Below, one piece after another: positions 26,630 to 38,800 of a DNA stretch of 54,590 bases (position 1 is the stretch's first letter; each line of letters opens with the position of its first letter). This stretch comes from a virus. Its lineage: Duplodnaviria; Caudoviricetes. Both the position numbers and the translations under genes were made by a program. The stretch spans positions 1 through 54,590 of the IMG/VR virus record IMGVR_UViG_3300006752_000035; one strand, 5' to 3'. The notes beneath the pieces were generated by a model. It had not been told where the DNA came from. It saw only the letters and a list, made by a program, of their open reading frames with translations, and did no database searches.

Positions 26630-29600
26630 ATGGCAAATAGATATCCAATTATAGTAGATACCACAAACGGAAACCAATTTCGTGAATTACCCGAGGGTGA
26701 TAATCTTTTATTAACTGGCAGTAACATTGTTAATGCATTAAATATTAGTGTAATTGGCACAGTAGAAGCACAAAAAATAGTAATTCAAGGTGTTGAATTT
26801 ACAGGTGAATATGATGATTTATTAAACAAACCTGTAATACCAAGTAGCATTTTAGAACTAGGTGTGTTAGACGGTGCAGTTGGACAAGTACTTACAACTA
26901 ATGGTTCTGGAATAATTAGTTTCCAAAACATACCTGCACAAGATCCTGTACTAGGTGGCGCACTAAGTGGAACTGCTGGCAATGCAACAATTAACAATAA
27001 TACAATTACTGTTAATGAACTAGACGTTGTTGAAGGAACTTCGGGACAAGTATTAGCAACTGACGGAAACGGCAACTTACAGTTTATAACAATGACAGGA
27101 GGTAGTGGCGGCACTGGCGGCGCATCTAACTTCTTACAACTTCTTGGTACTATCGGATTAGGCCAAATACAAGATGACTTTCTTACTCCTGCCAAACTCA
27201 AAGACAACTCACAAACACCAACAGCAGGACAATACCTTACAGTAGATACTAACGGTGATTTTGAATATTTAGATCTTCCAGAGGGCGGCGCAGTAAGTTA
27301 TGACGACTTAACAGACAAGCCAATTATACCAACTACACTATTGGGCTTAGGCATTGCTGACGGCAACGATGGCGATTACCTAACAACTAACGGTGATGGT
27401 ACATTTGCATTTAGTGAGCTAAATCAGATTGCTTCGATAAACTTTACTGGTACAACAATATCGTCAGTATCAGATAATACAAATGTTACTATTAATCCAA
27501 AAGGAACTGGCTATCTTACAATACAAGGCAACAATGCACTTGTAATTCCAGTAGGTGACGTAAGTCAACGTGGAACAATACCACAAGGTGGTATTAGGTT
27601 TAACACAGACACAAGTGCATTTGAAGGATTTGACGGAACATACTGGGGTAGCTTAGGTGGCGTTAAAGACGCTGACCAAGATACATATATTACAACAGAA
27701 GAATCTGCAGGTAGTGACGAAGATACATTTAAGTTTTTCACAGGTGGACAACAAAGTGCTACATTAAGTAATACGCTACTTGATATTGCTCAAGGCGTTG
27801 ATGTTAAAATTAACAGTACGCAAACAGCACTTGACTTTGACAGCGGTGCTTTAAGTGTAGATGGTGGCGTAAGCATTAGAGGTAACCTACTTGTTAGTGG
27901 ATCAATTGATGTTGACCAAACATTTGATACTAGTGCAATAGTTAATACTAGTACACTAGCAGATACATTAACTAACGTTGTTACCATTAACGCTAACGAC
28001 ATGTCTTATTTTAAAGCAAATCAATATGTAAGATTGTTTAACGCAAGTCCTAGTGAACTTGACGAGAACGACCAACCAAGCATACCATTAGATCAGTTAA
28101 CAAATAATTTATCACTATCTGTACAATCCGTAGGTTTTGGTGATCCAGCAAGTGGTGACGAAGTTGTGTTTGATTATCGTATAGCGCAGATGGACATGGA
28201 CAATGGTAAAATTAGTGAAGCAACAATAAGTGCTATTGTTGAAGTTCCTAGCGCAGCATTACTTAATTTTAATAACAACAATAACATTCAATTAACAGTG
28301 TCAAGACAAAGTGCTAACCATGCAATTATAGTATATAGAAAGGTTGCTGCTGAGGTACAACATAAAATAGTTTATGTATTAGGTCCTAAAGAATTACAAG
28401 CAAGTTTAAGTAATATACAATGGACTGACTATTATGATTTTGACAGAGTAGATTGGGCAGGAAAAGACTTTACAAATGCGTTTACAGATACTAGTGGAAT
28501 AGTACACCTTCCATTAACTCCTCCAGCAAATCCAGTATTTGGTTGGCATGATTCACGCATTACAAGTATTAACCTTGACGATAATCAAATTGTATTAGAC
28601 GATAGTTTTGTATCAAGTTCAGCTACTTCCACAATAGTTATTGATGATACAGTTAATGTACAAACTCAGATAACACAAGCAAAAGCTCAAAACAGAAATA
28701 GTGTTGAATTAGAAAATAGAACTTATTATATTAAGCAACTAATTATACCTACAGACTTTACATTTTACGGACAAGGAGACCAAACACAATTAATTAAGAC
28801 TCCTTGGTCAATGAATAGATTTACAGCAAGTAATTCAATGTTAGTACTAGACGAAGACAATTACACTACCTTTAAAAACGTAAGTATAAAGAATCTTAGA
28901 CTAGACGGAAACTTTGTAAATCAATTCCTTGCATCAGACATTGTAAACAATTATTTAAACTATGCTATACACATATACGGTAAAGATATATTATTTGAAA
29001 ATCTTGAAATTGAAAATGTTATTGGCGGCGGAATTTATTCATATGATAGCTCTATTACTGAAGACCTTACAGTTTTAAACTGTGAAATAACAAACGGTAC
29101 ATTATCATATGTACATGAAGAATACGGACCAGTATATTTTGATGAGACTCGAAATGTTAAAATTGCACACAATACTTTTAGAAGTTTTCCAGGTGCAGTA
29201 AGTATTGGTGCAGTATCAAAAGGAATAGTTAGTCCTAACGTAGTTGATAACTGTGGTAGTGGTATTTTTGCATATGGTGCAAGTAAAATTATTCTTACAC
29301 CAAATATTATATTAGGTGCTGCTAGTGAGTTTATACAAAATCCAGATGTATTAAATTCAGAGTATGATCAAGTAAATATACAGATAGAACAAAATGTAGA
29401 TTATAACAGTACACAGTATGTGTATCAAGAAAACGGACAGTTTTTTGATTTTACAGCAAACCAAGGAAGACTTACATTGTTCATTAATGAACTAATAAAA
29501 ACTAATAATGTTGAAGAATTATCAACAGATTATTCAAATGATATTGTAGGTAATCCGTATGGTGAGTTTATACAGTCGGACGCAGACTTAGCTGTTGGTA

Positions 29601-30028
29601 ATTTTAAATTTAGATTGGCACAAGCTAAAGTAAACGATTTACTTGGTAGAGCTAATTTTAGCACACTACAAACTGCAAATCCAAATTCACAAGGACTAGT
29701 TTATAGAGTTGTTACAACAGAGTACGTTTATAATGGCACAGCCGACATTATAGGCGAAGGAACACAACAGCCAGGAGGACCATTTATAGTAACATTAAAT
29801 GATATATCTGGACTTTCGGTAGGTACAATTATTAGACTGAACAATCACGGAACAACACCGCCCAATGCTACACAGGACGGTGAGATAACTGCAATAAATA
29901 CTATTAACAAGACTATAAGTATTGACTTTGGTAACACTTTTGGTGATATCGTAGAAGTTGCAGAAGGTGCTACCGGAACAGTACTAATACAAAATAATTT
30001 TGTAGTCGTCAAAGGGAAAATTAACTAA
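26630..30028 (+). CDS. Tail fibre with repeats and C-terminal right-handed beta-helix (pectin-lyase-like)
   Basis: YDDL..KP.IP and GQVLTT.G.G repeats; IRFNTDTSAFEG; beta-helix pattern VSIKNLRLDGN...; TAAATA at 26603. Confidence 0.8.
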   Translation: MANRYPIIVDTTNGNQFRELPEGDNLLLTGSNIVNALNISVIGTVEAQKIVIQGVEFTGEYDDLLNKPVIPSSILELGVLDGAVGQVLTTNGSGIISFQNIPAQDPVLGGALSGTAGNATINNNTITVNELDVVEGTSGQVLATDGNGNLQFITMTGGSGGTGGASNFLQLLGTIGLGQIQDDFLTPAKLKDNSQTPTAGQYLTVDTNGDFEYLDLPEGGAVSYDDLTDKPIIPTTLLGLGIADGNDGDYLTTNGDGTFAFSELNQIASINFTGTTISSVSDNTNVTINPKGTGYLTIQGNNALVIPVGDVSQRGTIPQGGIRFNTDTSAFEGFDGTYWGSLGGVKDADQDTYITTEESAGSDEDTFKFFTGGQQSATLSNTLLDIAQGVDVKINSTQTALDFDSGALSVDGGVSIRGNLLVSGSIDVDQTFDTSAIVNTSTLADTLTNVVTINANDMSYFKANQYVRLFNASPSELDENDQPSIPLDQLTNNLSLSVQSVGFGDPASGDEVVFDYRIAQMDMDNGKISEATISAIVEVPSAALLNFNNNNNIQLTVSRQSANHAIIVYRKVAAEVQHKIVYVLGPKELQASLSNIQWTDYYDFDRVDWAGKDFTNAFTDTSGIVHLPLTPPANPVFGWHDSRITSINLDDNQIVLDDSFVSSSATSTIVIDDTVNVQTQITQAKAQNRNSVELENRTYYIKQLIIPTDFTFYGQGDQTQLIKTPWSMNRFTASNSMLVLDEDNYTTFKNVSIKNLRLDGNFVNQFLASDIVNNYLNYAIHIYGKDILFENLEIENVIGGGIYSYDSSITEDLTVLNCEITNGTLSYVHEEYGPVYFDETRNVKIAHNTFRSFPGAVSIGAVSKGIVSPNVVDNCGSGIFAYGASKIILTPNIILGAASEFIQNPDVLNSEYDQVNIQIEQNVDYNSTQYVYQENGQFFDFTANQGRLTLFINELIKTNNVEELSTDYSNDIVGNPYGEFIQSDADLAVGNFKFRLAQAKVNDLLGRANFSTLQTANPNSQGLVYRVVTTEYVYNGTADIIGEGTQQPGGPFIVTLNDISGLSVGTIIRLNNHGTTPPNATQDGEITAINTINKTISIDFGNTFGDIVEVAEGATGTVLIQNNFVVVKGKIN

Positions 30029-33000
30029 TGTCTAGCTTGAACAATATAAACAATAACGCATCAGTAGTAAACGTAGGTCGAACAACACCAGTTACTCCAG
30101 GAGCACAACCTGCTGCTAAGAGTATTCCAGTTGTTGTTGCAACAGACCAAACAGCTATTCCTGTTGTAGAACAAAATAAAATACAATCAGAAGTTGCACT
30201 ATCATTACTTGGTATACCAAGGTCAGAAGTTGCACTAGGTATATTTGCTGACGTTAACACATACGATGTTAACCCAACAGAATGGTCCACAGAGCCAGCA
30301 GAGTATAGTGAGCTTTCACCTACACTTCCGCAATATACAGGTATAGGCGGAACGTTAGGTTGGGGTATTAAACACTTACCTGAGGAATCAGGTGCAATGG
30401 TTACTGCTCCACCAGATGAAACTGCTATCCTAACTTCTAAACGTTTTTTCCGTTATCAGCCAGGACGTGTTTCCGCTGCTACATTTGGTATTAAAAGTTC
30501 AAGCTACCAAGGTGAAGTATTAGGAACTGAACAACGTCCGCAAGTACGTAACCCAGGTGTAAACAAGTACGGTATTTTTGATAAGTTTGATGGTTACTAT
30601 TGGGAAACAAGCGACACAGGCCAAGGCGATCAATTCCGTGTTGTAAGACGTACACAGTCTATTATTAGAGTTAACCCACTTCCGTTTGGTAACCAAGCAG
30701 GTGAGCAGTTAGAAGATCATGCACTAGGTGGCAAGCCGCCAGCACAAGAAGCAAGTGATTACAACCAGTTTCCAACTGCTACAAAGTATTTGAATGAAAA
30801 TAGATTTGATCTTATTGCAAAGTCTGTTATACAAAACGAAGCAGTTAAATGTCATAGAGATGTTGGTTACTTCCTTGACGGTGCAGCATTTGACATTACA
30901 CTAGGAACAAATTATAACGCAGTATTCCAAGGTTTAGCAGAAGCAAACTCAAATGAGTATCAAGATGATAACACACTTCCAGTAGAAGTTACTACTGCAA
31001 TAACTAACACAAGAACAGAAGTAAAAGGACTTGACGATGTTAACACTGTTGGCGATGCAGCAGTTGATGTTTACTTTGATAAAATAGAAGCAATATGTGT
31101 TGATGCAGGTACAAAAGTAGACTATAGTTCAGCAACACAAACAGAACAAATAAACTTCTTAAAAGGTATTACATACACTAACCCAACTAGTGGCGCAACA
31201 GCAGGACAGATTGCAGCTAAAGATGCAATACTTGCTAACTTAGACTTCTTAACAGAAGAAGTAAACGTTTTCATTAATAACTATTATTCGTCGCACACAG
31301 GACAAATTGAAGCAAAGTGTGAAAGAGATGTATTGTTTGCTGTACAAGCAGTTGCATATGATATTTTATACGGCGGCAACAGTGCTACACATGATGCGGC
31401 ACGTTTCTTCTTTTACGATGGATTTGGAAAAAGTGATCAAACATTAGCAGTAACAGATCAAACAGTTTTAGCATACAAGCACTTGAAAGGTGTAATTGAC
31501 GATGTTATACTAGGACAAGCATATGCTCCGCAAGCACGTTGTACAAGAGATTTAGAATATATCCTAGAAGGTGTTGGATACGACATGACACTAGGCACAA
31601 ACTACCATGCTACATTCTTAGGACTAGCAGAGTCTAACAGTTCTGAATATCCAGAAGACAGTTCAGCAACAGTTAGTTCAGCAGACGGAAATGTTACAGC
31701 ACCGTGGGCTAGAGTTGTTGGTGCAATTAATGAAACAGAAACACAAGCAAAGCAACTAGTAGCACTTTCTGGAGGTAACGATCCAGCAGCAATTGCAGCA
31801 ATTGATACGTTCTATGATAATTTAAGAGCAATATCAGTTAATAACAACACAAGAGTTGAATACTATTCAACAACACAGCAAAAGCAAATTAATTTCTTAA
31901 AAGGTATTACATTTACAAATCCAACAAGTGGACGTACAGCAAGTCAACTAGCCGCTAAAGATAAGATTCAAGCAAACTACGACTTCTTAGCAGCAGAAAT
32001 TAATGCATGGGTAGCACAAGAGTATCCAAACTCAAAACACCCAGTTGCAAAATGTACACGTGACGTATTATTCATAGCAAACGCAGTTGCACATGATATG
32101 TGTTACGGTGGTAACTTTGCTACTGTAGAAGCAACAGAGTTCTTCTTCTACGAAGACTTTGCTCAAACATCAGACATACATAAAAATCAAACAGTTGCAG
32201 CATACGAAAGACTAGTAGAAATTATTGGTGATATTGTTGAAGGTACTGCAATTACACGCTCATTTGGTAATACCGAAGTACAAGTTACTTCAGGAACAGA
32301 TGCAGATATAGCAGAAGGAGCAGCAGTAGAAGCTCTTGTACAAATTGTTGTAGATGCTATTGATGCAGATAATGACACAGGCTTACCAGCAGTTGTTAAC
32401 CCAGATACGTCATGGGCGGATTCAGGATTAACAACTGCTAAGGGTTCAATTGATAGTGGCGCAAACGGCTTGGCGACAGCTGCAAGTACTAATGCATATG
32501 CTGGCTATACACAAAACAGTGAATCACAAAATACATCAAACACTGCTACTATTGCTGAAGCTAAAAAAGCAACAGACTTAATGGCAATCATACTAGGTGT
32601 TATCAAAGAAGGCGACATTATTAAGAGTTTGCCAGGTAACAGAGATGTACCAGACAGAAGCTGGAGAGGCGCAGGCGACTTAACTACGGCTGCTGATGCA
32701 ATTATAGAAGCAAAGCAAACAATACTTGACACAGTTGCTCCGATTACGTTATCTAGCACAGACGATGTTAAATGTTTGCGTGACTTAGAATTTGCAATAG
32801 ATGCATACATAGATGATTTAAGATGGGGCGGCAACGCACACACAATTACTAATGCTACTACATACCAGACTGCTGTACTTGCAGACGCAGAACGTGAAGG
32901 TGAAACACATTACTATTTCCGTTATGTACTAAGAGACGCTTTATATAAAATTGACGAGCAAGAAGCTAGAGATAAACTAGCAGAATTAGCAGGATATCAT

Positions 33001-35799
33001 ATACAAGCAACAACAGCAAATGGTACTCCAGGAAGTAAGTATCCTCCACAAGCAGGGCCAGACGGTACTACAGGTGCTATAACACAAGCACAGGTTGCAG
33101 CAGCAACTTACGGGCAGAAAGCTAAAATTGATACAATCTTTAGTGTATATAATAAGTATATGGGCTACTTAATTAGTCAAAGTTTAGTATATGATGCAGC
33201 AGACTATGTAAATGCAGAAAAAGGATTTTCATATGCAGATGCACAAGCATACGAAGATATTCTTAAGTTTAAGTGTTTACGTGATGTTAAGTATGTTGTA
33301 AATGGTTATGCTAGTGATTTACAGTACGGTGGTAATGCAGCAACAACTTACAATGCTAAAAAATATTACTCCGATGGAGAAATTAAAGTTTATTCACAAA
33401 CTAATGATAGTGGCGTAGTTGCAGAAGTTGACAGACACAAATACTTATTATGGTTGTTAACAGGACAGCAACCAGGTACAGTATTTTCTGGTAGTAATCC
33501 AACATTTACATTAGCTAACTATACGGACGTATGTACACTCTTTGGATTAAGCGATACACAGAAAACAAGAATTACAGACCTAGCAAAAATTATTGTTAAT
33601 AACTTTACAACTGAGTACACTGGCGCAGTAGAATTTGGCAGCGCAGGACAGTTTGGTGATTTAGTTATTTTACGTGACGGATTAATAATGGTTCACGGAG
33701 CAGTATATGATCCATCATTATTGAAGAAAAAGGTTAAGGCTGTCGCAAAACTAGATGTAGATAATAATGCTATTGCGTATGCAGGAGAAGCAGTTATTAT
33801 AGGTTCTTACGTAAACTACTATGGCGATTGCCCAGACTTAATTGATGGTAAGACATACTTTGTTGCAAATGTAACAGGACCTAAGGGAACTGTAATACAA
33901 TTAAGAGATCCAACAGTAGCAGGATTTAACGAGTTTGATGTTAATCCTGATGATGATGTTATTGATATTACAGCAACCGGCGATGGACCGCATTACATTG
34001 AAACTCCAGTTCCATTCATTGTACCAAAAGAATACGAAGATGTTGACCCGGCTTGGCCATTAGGTACTAGACGTTATGACGGTATGTTCCCATACTTGTA
34101 TACTGATACAGGAACATTGCCTGCAGATGCTAACTCTGTTACAGCAGGATTTATTGATACTGCTATTGATACAGTATCAGATCCGTCTAATCTAAGAACA
34201 CAAATTGACGCTATCAACTTTAAATATAAAACATGGTGTCGTGATAATGTAGATCCAACGTACTATTCAGTATACGAATACAGAGTAGGTAGAACACGTT
34301 TTAGTGGCGATGCTCTAGACGGATTGACACGTACAGCAGTTTACTCAGATAATGTACTTGACAAACGTGCAGGTTCTGTATTTAGAAACGGTGATGTAGC
34401 AGCAGAACAAACATCAGTTTGGGACTTTGACTTTAGTAAGGTTACCATGCTTAAAGTTGAATTTAGTTGGTATGGTGCTGTTGGTGCATTGTTCTTAGCA
34501 TATGTTCCAGTAGCTAACGGAGATGCACGTTGGGTAAGAGTACACCATTTACGTTGTTCAAATCAGTTGAAGATATCTTCATTAGGTAATGCTACACTTC
34601 CAATTACATATCTAGTATATGGTGGCGGAAGTGAAAATAGATTTGGAACTCCAAATGCAAACAGACTTGCTAACCCATACGGTGGCTATTCAGAGTTCCT
34701 TGTTAAGTATGGTGCTTCTTACTATATTGACGGTGGTGATAGAGGTACAGTAAGATTGTTTAATCATAGTTCAGATACACCAACTGACGTATACGGTTCA
34801 AAATATAGACTAGGTGTTGATAGTGCTAATGCTACTGATCCAGTATCACCTTACATTACAATTACAAACCTTGATCCAGACACTACAGGTAATGCATCAC
34901 CAGAAATAAGCACTTTTTATGTAGGCGCACAAATTATTACTGGTAACTCGCAAGACCAAAATGTTAAAGTTATTTGGATAGATCAAGCAACTAGCAAACT
35001 ATATTTAAATAAGCCAATTAGCCAAGTTAATGCACTCAGCATTATTGTTAATAGACCAGCATTAATATACGGATTAAAAACTAAAGACAACATTGTATCA
35101 GGTGATGGCGATGATGTACGTAACCGTGTACAGGTATATCCAACACGTTTAAGTGTCGGATCATCAGGTTCTGTAAATGCTAAACTAACATTATTAAAAA
35201 CACCAATATTCCAACCTAGTGTTCAAACAGTTGGAACAATAAGTGTTACAGCAGAATCAGATATAAATGTTAGCTATCAACTTCCAATAGACAATATAAC
35301 GTACTTAAAAGAAAACGGTAACTTTGTATATGGATGGTTCTTAGCAAGTCTTAATGGCAGTGAAACATTATTTAATGTGTTAGGTAGACTAGAAAAAGAA
35401 AATGACGCATATCATTTTTATCCAACAGAAATATATAACGGTACTTTGGTTATTGCTAGTGGCGCAACATTCTTAAAAGATGGAGTGTTTGATCCACAAG
35501 GTAATACACTACTTCCAAATGAAACTACATTTGAAAAAGAACGTTTAAGTTCTGTAGAAGTAGCACTTACATCACAAACACCAATTCCAGGAACTGGTAT
35601 ATCGTTAGCAAGTTACTATATTGCACCAGGTGCAGAAGAATTTGATTTAGCAACATATTTTGATTATAATAAGGAGTATATAAGTTATCCACTTACAGAC
35701 GAGATTGCAACGCTTTGGTTAGCAACATACAGTAGCCAAACAAATACTGCAAGTGAACAGGTTTCGTTAAGTGCCAGCTTTACATGGGAGGAGCAATAA
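30028..35799 (+). CDS. Large virion protein with six (K/R)CxRD helical repeats; paralog of 35803..39258
   Basis: Shares LLGIPR.EV, SK..RYQPGR, KVTM.K.EF.WYGA.GA and KYGAS.YIDGGD with the next gene. Confidence 0.8.
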   Translation: MSSLNNINNNASVVNVGRTTPVTPGAQPAAKSIPVVVATDQTAIPVVEQNKIQSEVALSLLGIPRSEVALGIFADVNTYDVNPTEWSTEPAEYSELSPTLPQYTGIGGTLGWGIKHLPEESGAMVTAPPDETAILTSKRFFRYQPGRVSAATFGIKSSSYQGEVLGTEQRPQVRNPGVNKYGIFDKFDGYYWETSDTGQGDQFRVVRRTQSIIRVNPLPFGNQAGEQLEDHALGGKPPAQEASDYNQFPTATKYLNENRFDLIAKSVIQNEAVKCHRDVGYFLDGAAFDITLGTNYNAVFQGLAEANSNEYQDDNTLPVEVTTAITNTRTEVKGLDDVNTVGDAAVDVYFDKIEAICVDAGTKVDYSSATQTEQINFLKGITYTNPTSGATAGQIAAKDAILANLDFLTEEVNVFINNYYSSHTGQIEAKCERDVLFAVQAVAYDILYGGNSATHDAARFFFYDGFGKSDQTLAVTDQTVLAYKHLKGVIDDVILGQAYAPQARCTRDLEYILEGVGYDMTLGTNYHATFLGLAESNSSEYPEDSSATVSSADGNVTAPWARVVGAINETETQAKQLVALSGGNDPAAIAAIDTFYDNLRAISVNNNTRVEYYSTTQQKQINFLKGITFTNPTSGRTASQLAAKDKIQANYDFLAAEINAWVAQEYPNSKHPVAKCTRDVLFIANAVAHDMCYGGNFATVEATEFFFYEDFAQTSDIHKNQTVAAYERLVEIIGDIVEGTAITRSFGNTEVQVTSGTDADIAEGAAVEALVQIVVDAIDADNDTGLPAVVNPDTSWADSGLTTAKGSIDSGANGLATAASTNAYAGYTQNSESQNTSNTATIAEAKKATDLMAIILGVIKEGDIIKSLPGNRDVPDRSWRGAGDLTTAADAIIEAKQTILDTVAPITLSSTDDVKCLRDLEFAIDAYIDDLRWGGNAHTITNATTYQTAVLADAEREGETHYYFRYVLRDALYKIDEQEARDKLAELAGYHIQATTANGTPGSKYPPQAGPDGTTGAITQAQVAAATYGQKAKIDTIFSVYNKYMGYLISQSLVYDAADYVNAEKGFSYADAQAYEDILKFKCLRDVKYVVNGYASDLQYGGNAATTYNAKKYYSDGEIKVYSQTNDSGVVAEVDRHKYLLWLLTGQQPGTVFSGSNPTFTLANYTDVCTLFGLSDTQKTRITDLAKIIVNNFTTEYTGAVEFGSAGQFGDLVILRDGLIMVHGAVYDPSLLKKKVKAVAKLDVDNNAIAYAGEAVIIGSYVNYYGDCPDLIDGKTYFVANVTGPKGTVIQLRDPTVAGFNEFDVNPDDDVIDITATGDGPHYIETPVPFIVPKEYEDVDPAWPLGTRRYDGMFPYLYTDTGTLPADANSVTAGFIDTAIDTVSDPSNLRTQIDAINFKYKTWCRDNVDPTYYSVYEYRVGRTRFSGDALDGLTRTAVYSDNVLDKRAGSVFRNGDVAAEQTSVWDFDFSKVTMLKVEFSWYGAVGALFLAYVPVANGDARWVRVHHLRCSNQLKISSLGNATLPITYLVYGGGSENRFGTPNANRLANPYGGYSEFLVKYGASYYIDGGDRGTVRLFNHSSDTPTDVYGSKYRLGVDSANATDPVSPYITITNLDPDTTGNASPEISTFYVGAQIITGNSQDQNVKVIWIDQATSKLYLNKPISQVNALSIIVNRPALIYGLKTKDNIVSGDGDDVRNRVQVYPTRLSVGSSGSVNAKLTLLKTPIFQPSVQTVGTISVTAESDINVSYQLPIDNITYLKENGNFVYGWFLASLNGSETLFNVLGRLEKENDAYHFYPTEIYNGTLVIASGATFLKDGVFDPQGNTLLPNETTFEKERLSSVEVALTSQTPIPGTGISLASYYIAPGAEEFDLATYFDYNKEYISYPLTDEIATLWLATYSSQTNTASEQVSLSASFTWEEQ

Positions 35800-35802
35800 T
35801 CC

Positions 35803-38800
35803 ATGCCTCAAATTAAGATAGGTCATGACATTATACCGATACCAACGGTTAAGACACTTGTTCCTCTTTACGATATTGTTCAAGGTGTTCCGTTACGAGA
35901 CAGTAACGGAAACATTCTTGTAACTGAAGAAGAAGGTCCGGTTGAAGCGTTATCCAAAGCAGAAAACTCGTTAAGTGTAGTTGTAAATAACGAAGCCGAA
36001 ACCACAGCGTTAGGTATTGAAGAAATATTTGCTGAAAGTTCAGAAGTTAGTACAACACTATTAGGCATACCAAGAGCCGAAGTTCAATTAAGTTTATTTT
36101 CAGATGTATCAACATACGGACGTAATCCAGAAGAATGGGAATTCTATCAGTTCAATGGCGTAAGTGGTAGGCCACCAGGTTGGTATAGACGTAATAATAG
36201 AATCTATGGAGATCACTATTACACACGTTTAGTTGAAAATATTAACGAGCAAGCTCTAACTATTGAAAGTTTTCCAGTAGCATATACTTCACCAAGTGGT
36301 CCAAAATTTCCTAACTATAATGTCCAGCAATGGAATAGATATGTAAAATTTATTGAACTAGGAAACATAATGTGGCAAGAGTTTATATCACAGTATCCAG
36401 ACTTCACTAAAGAAACTTTCTTAGATCCTACATTAGTTTACGAACAAGATAATGAAATTATGTATCCAGAAGATGATGAGCAACTTGGATATGATCTTGT
36501 AGAAACGTGGTGCCAGGCTTGGATGCAAATGCGAGACAGTTTGTTATTACATCCTGCTACAGGCAAGCCTATTAAATTTCCTAGTGGTTATGATGCAACA
36601 AATACTCGTCCGGGAGCAACTAGTACTAATAAGTATTACGGTCAATTAACAAGTAAAAAAGCATATCGATATCAGCCAGGGCGTATATCAGGATTTACAT
36701 ACGGATTCCGTTGTTCACGTGATGAAGCATCATTAGAAAACATTGTAGAATGGGGCATTGGTAATCCAACAGATCAATACGTATTTCAAATCAGAGGTCC
36801 ACAGTTTAACATTGTAAGAAGATCAACTGTAAGATTACCAGACGAAGTTTTAAGTAATATGGGTTTTCAACCCGAAGATCAAAAAGTTGTAGCATCTAGA
36901 GAACCGTTTGTTGATGATGAGTTTTTTGAATTAGTTATTCAACGAGAATTTTTTAATGGTGATCCATTAAACGGTAACGGCCTAAGTGGTTACTTACTTG
37001 ATCCAACTAAAGTTACTATGTATAAAATTGAATTTGGTTGGTATGGAGCAATTGGTGCTAAGTTTTATGCTTATGTTCCAGTACAAAATGGTGATGCACG
37101 TTGGGTACTTATTCATACAATAGTAATTGAAAATCAATTAGGCGAACCGTGCTTACAAGATCCTTACTTTAAATTTTTGTACTTACAAGATATAAATGAT
37201 ACTTCAAGTGTTAGAACACCGCAATACTTGTATAAGTATGGTGCTTCGTGTTACATTGATGGTGGCGACAACTCAGCTGGTAAGTTTTATACGTATTCTG
37301 CAGAAGATAAACCAGTTAACTCTGCAAGAGACAACAGTATTTTAGGAGTGTATCCTAAACAAGTTATTAAAAACTCAGACGGATATGAAAAACCTAATAA
37401 GAAAAATGTTTATCCTGTAGATTTAAAAGTTGATGCACAACAGCTAACACAATTAGAAGTTAGAGAAATTGACGGATGCCCGGGCTTTGGACATCATTAT
37501 TCACCAAGTTTAAAAGCAAAACAGTCTGGACAAATTAGAAGTATTAATATTGACTCGTCTGGACAAAACTTTACTATTAATCCACAAGACGCAGTAGCAA
37601 TAACAGGAATTACCAAAGACAGTTATGCAACAGTAACTACAGCAACAGCACATGGGTATTTCTCGCAACAAAAAGTTACTATTGAAAACGTAGTTGGAAT
37701 GACCGAAGTTAACGACTACGAGTTTTATGTATATGTGTTTAGCGATACTACATATGGTCTTTATACTGATTCTAACTTAACTATTCCAGTTGACAGTAGT
37801 TTATATGGCACATACGTAAGCGGCGGTGATTCATTAGGTAATCCTATACTTAGAGCTATTGACGATGATGCTAAACTCATCAACGAAGGTATTTGGAGTA
37901 CATATGTTAATGCACAAGGTGAAGACGGCGGAACATTCCAAAGACGAGGACTAGAAGGAACCTATATTAAATCACCAGATGTGCTTCCACAAGAAGTAAG
38001 AATTTACGGTGGCACCGAAGGTGTAGTTGAATTAACTACTGTTGACAAAACGGCAGTTAGATTTTCAACATATTATAATGCTATAGCCGGCGCAACATAT
38101 CCTATTACAGGTAATGCATTTGATGTTAACTATTTAAATCCTGTTAACAGAGAAAGTACAGGACAATGGTGCGAATATTTAATAGGTGTAACAGAGAAAA
38201 AACCAATATTAGTATCTGAACAAAATCCACAAGGTACTCCAATTGAAAAATTAAAATTCCAAAGAAAAGATGGAGTAACAAACGACGATCCAAATTTACA
38301 AGATGTATTGTTTATAGAATTTACCCACTCTTCTATATACCGAGATAGAGACGGTAATGAACAGGCAGAAGGCGATTCGCCAGCAGGTGTGAAATTAGAT
38401 CTTGATTATAGACTTCCAAGACCTGCAGGAGCAGATAGTGGCGTTTGTAGCGGAGTGTCTATTGTAATTGAAGATAGGCTTGCATATGATGTTGGCTATA
38501 CAACCGCAAATCCAATTACTGGTGCCACAGACGGGCATTATATTATTTGGGAAAGTGAGCCAAGTGCATTGCTAGGTAACTTTAGTCTTATAGGCGGCGA
38601 GTTTGGTATTGACGATACATCTAGTGGTTTGTTCTTTACAGGCGAAATAAACAGCTACATAGCAAACGTACAAAGTCAAGCATTAGCATACTATGCTCCA
38701 ATTACTGGTGATCCTCAAAGCGCATCATTTACATTAAAATTGAGTCCAATTAGAATTCAAGATAGAGCAACTACAGGTGACCCTGTTAAGAACGAAATTA

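Noticed and set aside
30847-32300. Internal duplication as a DGR template/variable repeat pair
   Set aside because: Copies differ at all base types and mostly synonymously, both lie in-frame in one gene, and no reverse transcriptase is in the window.
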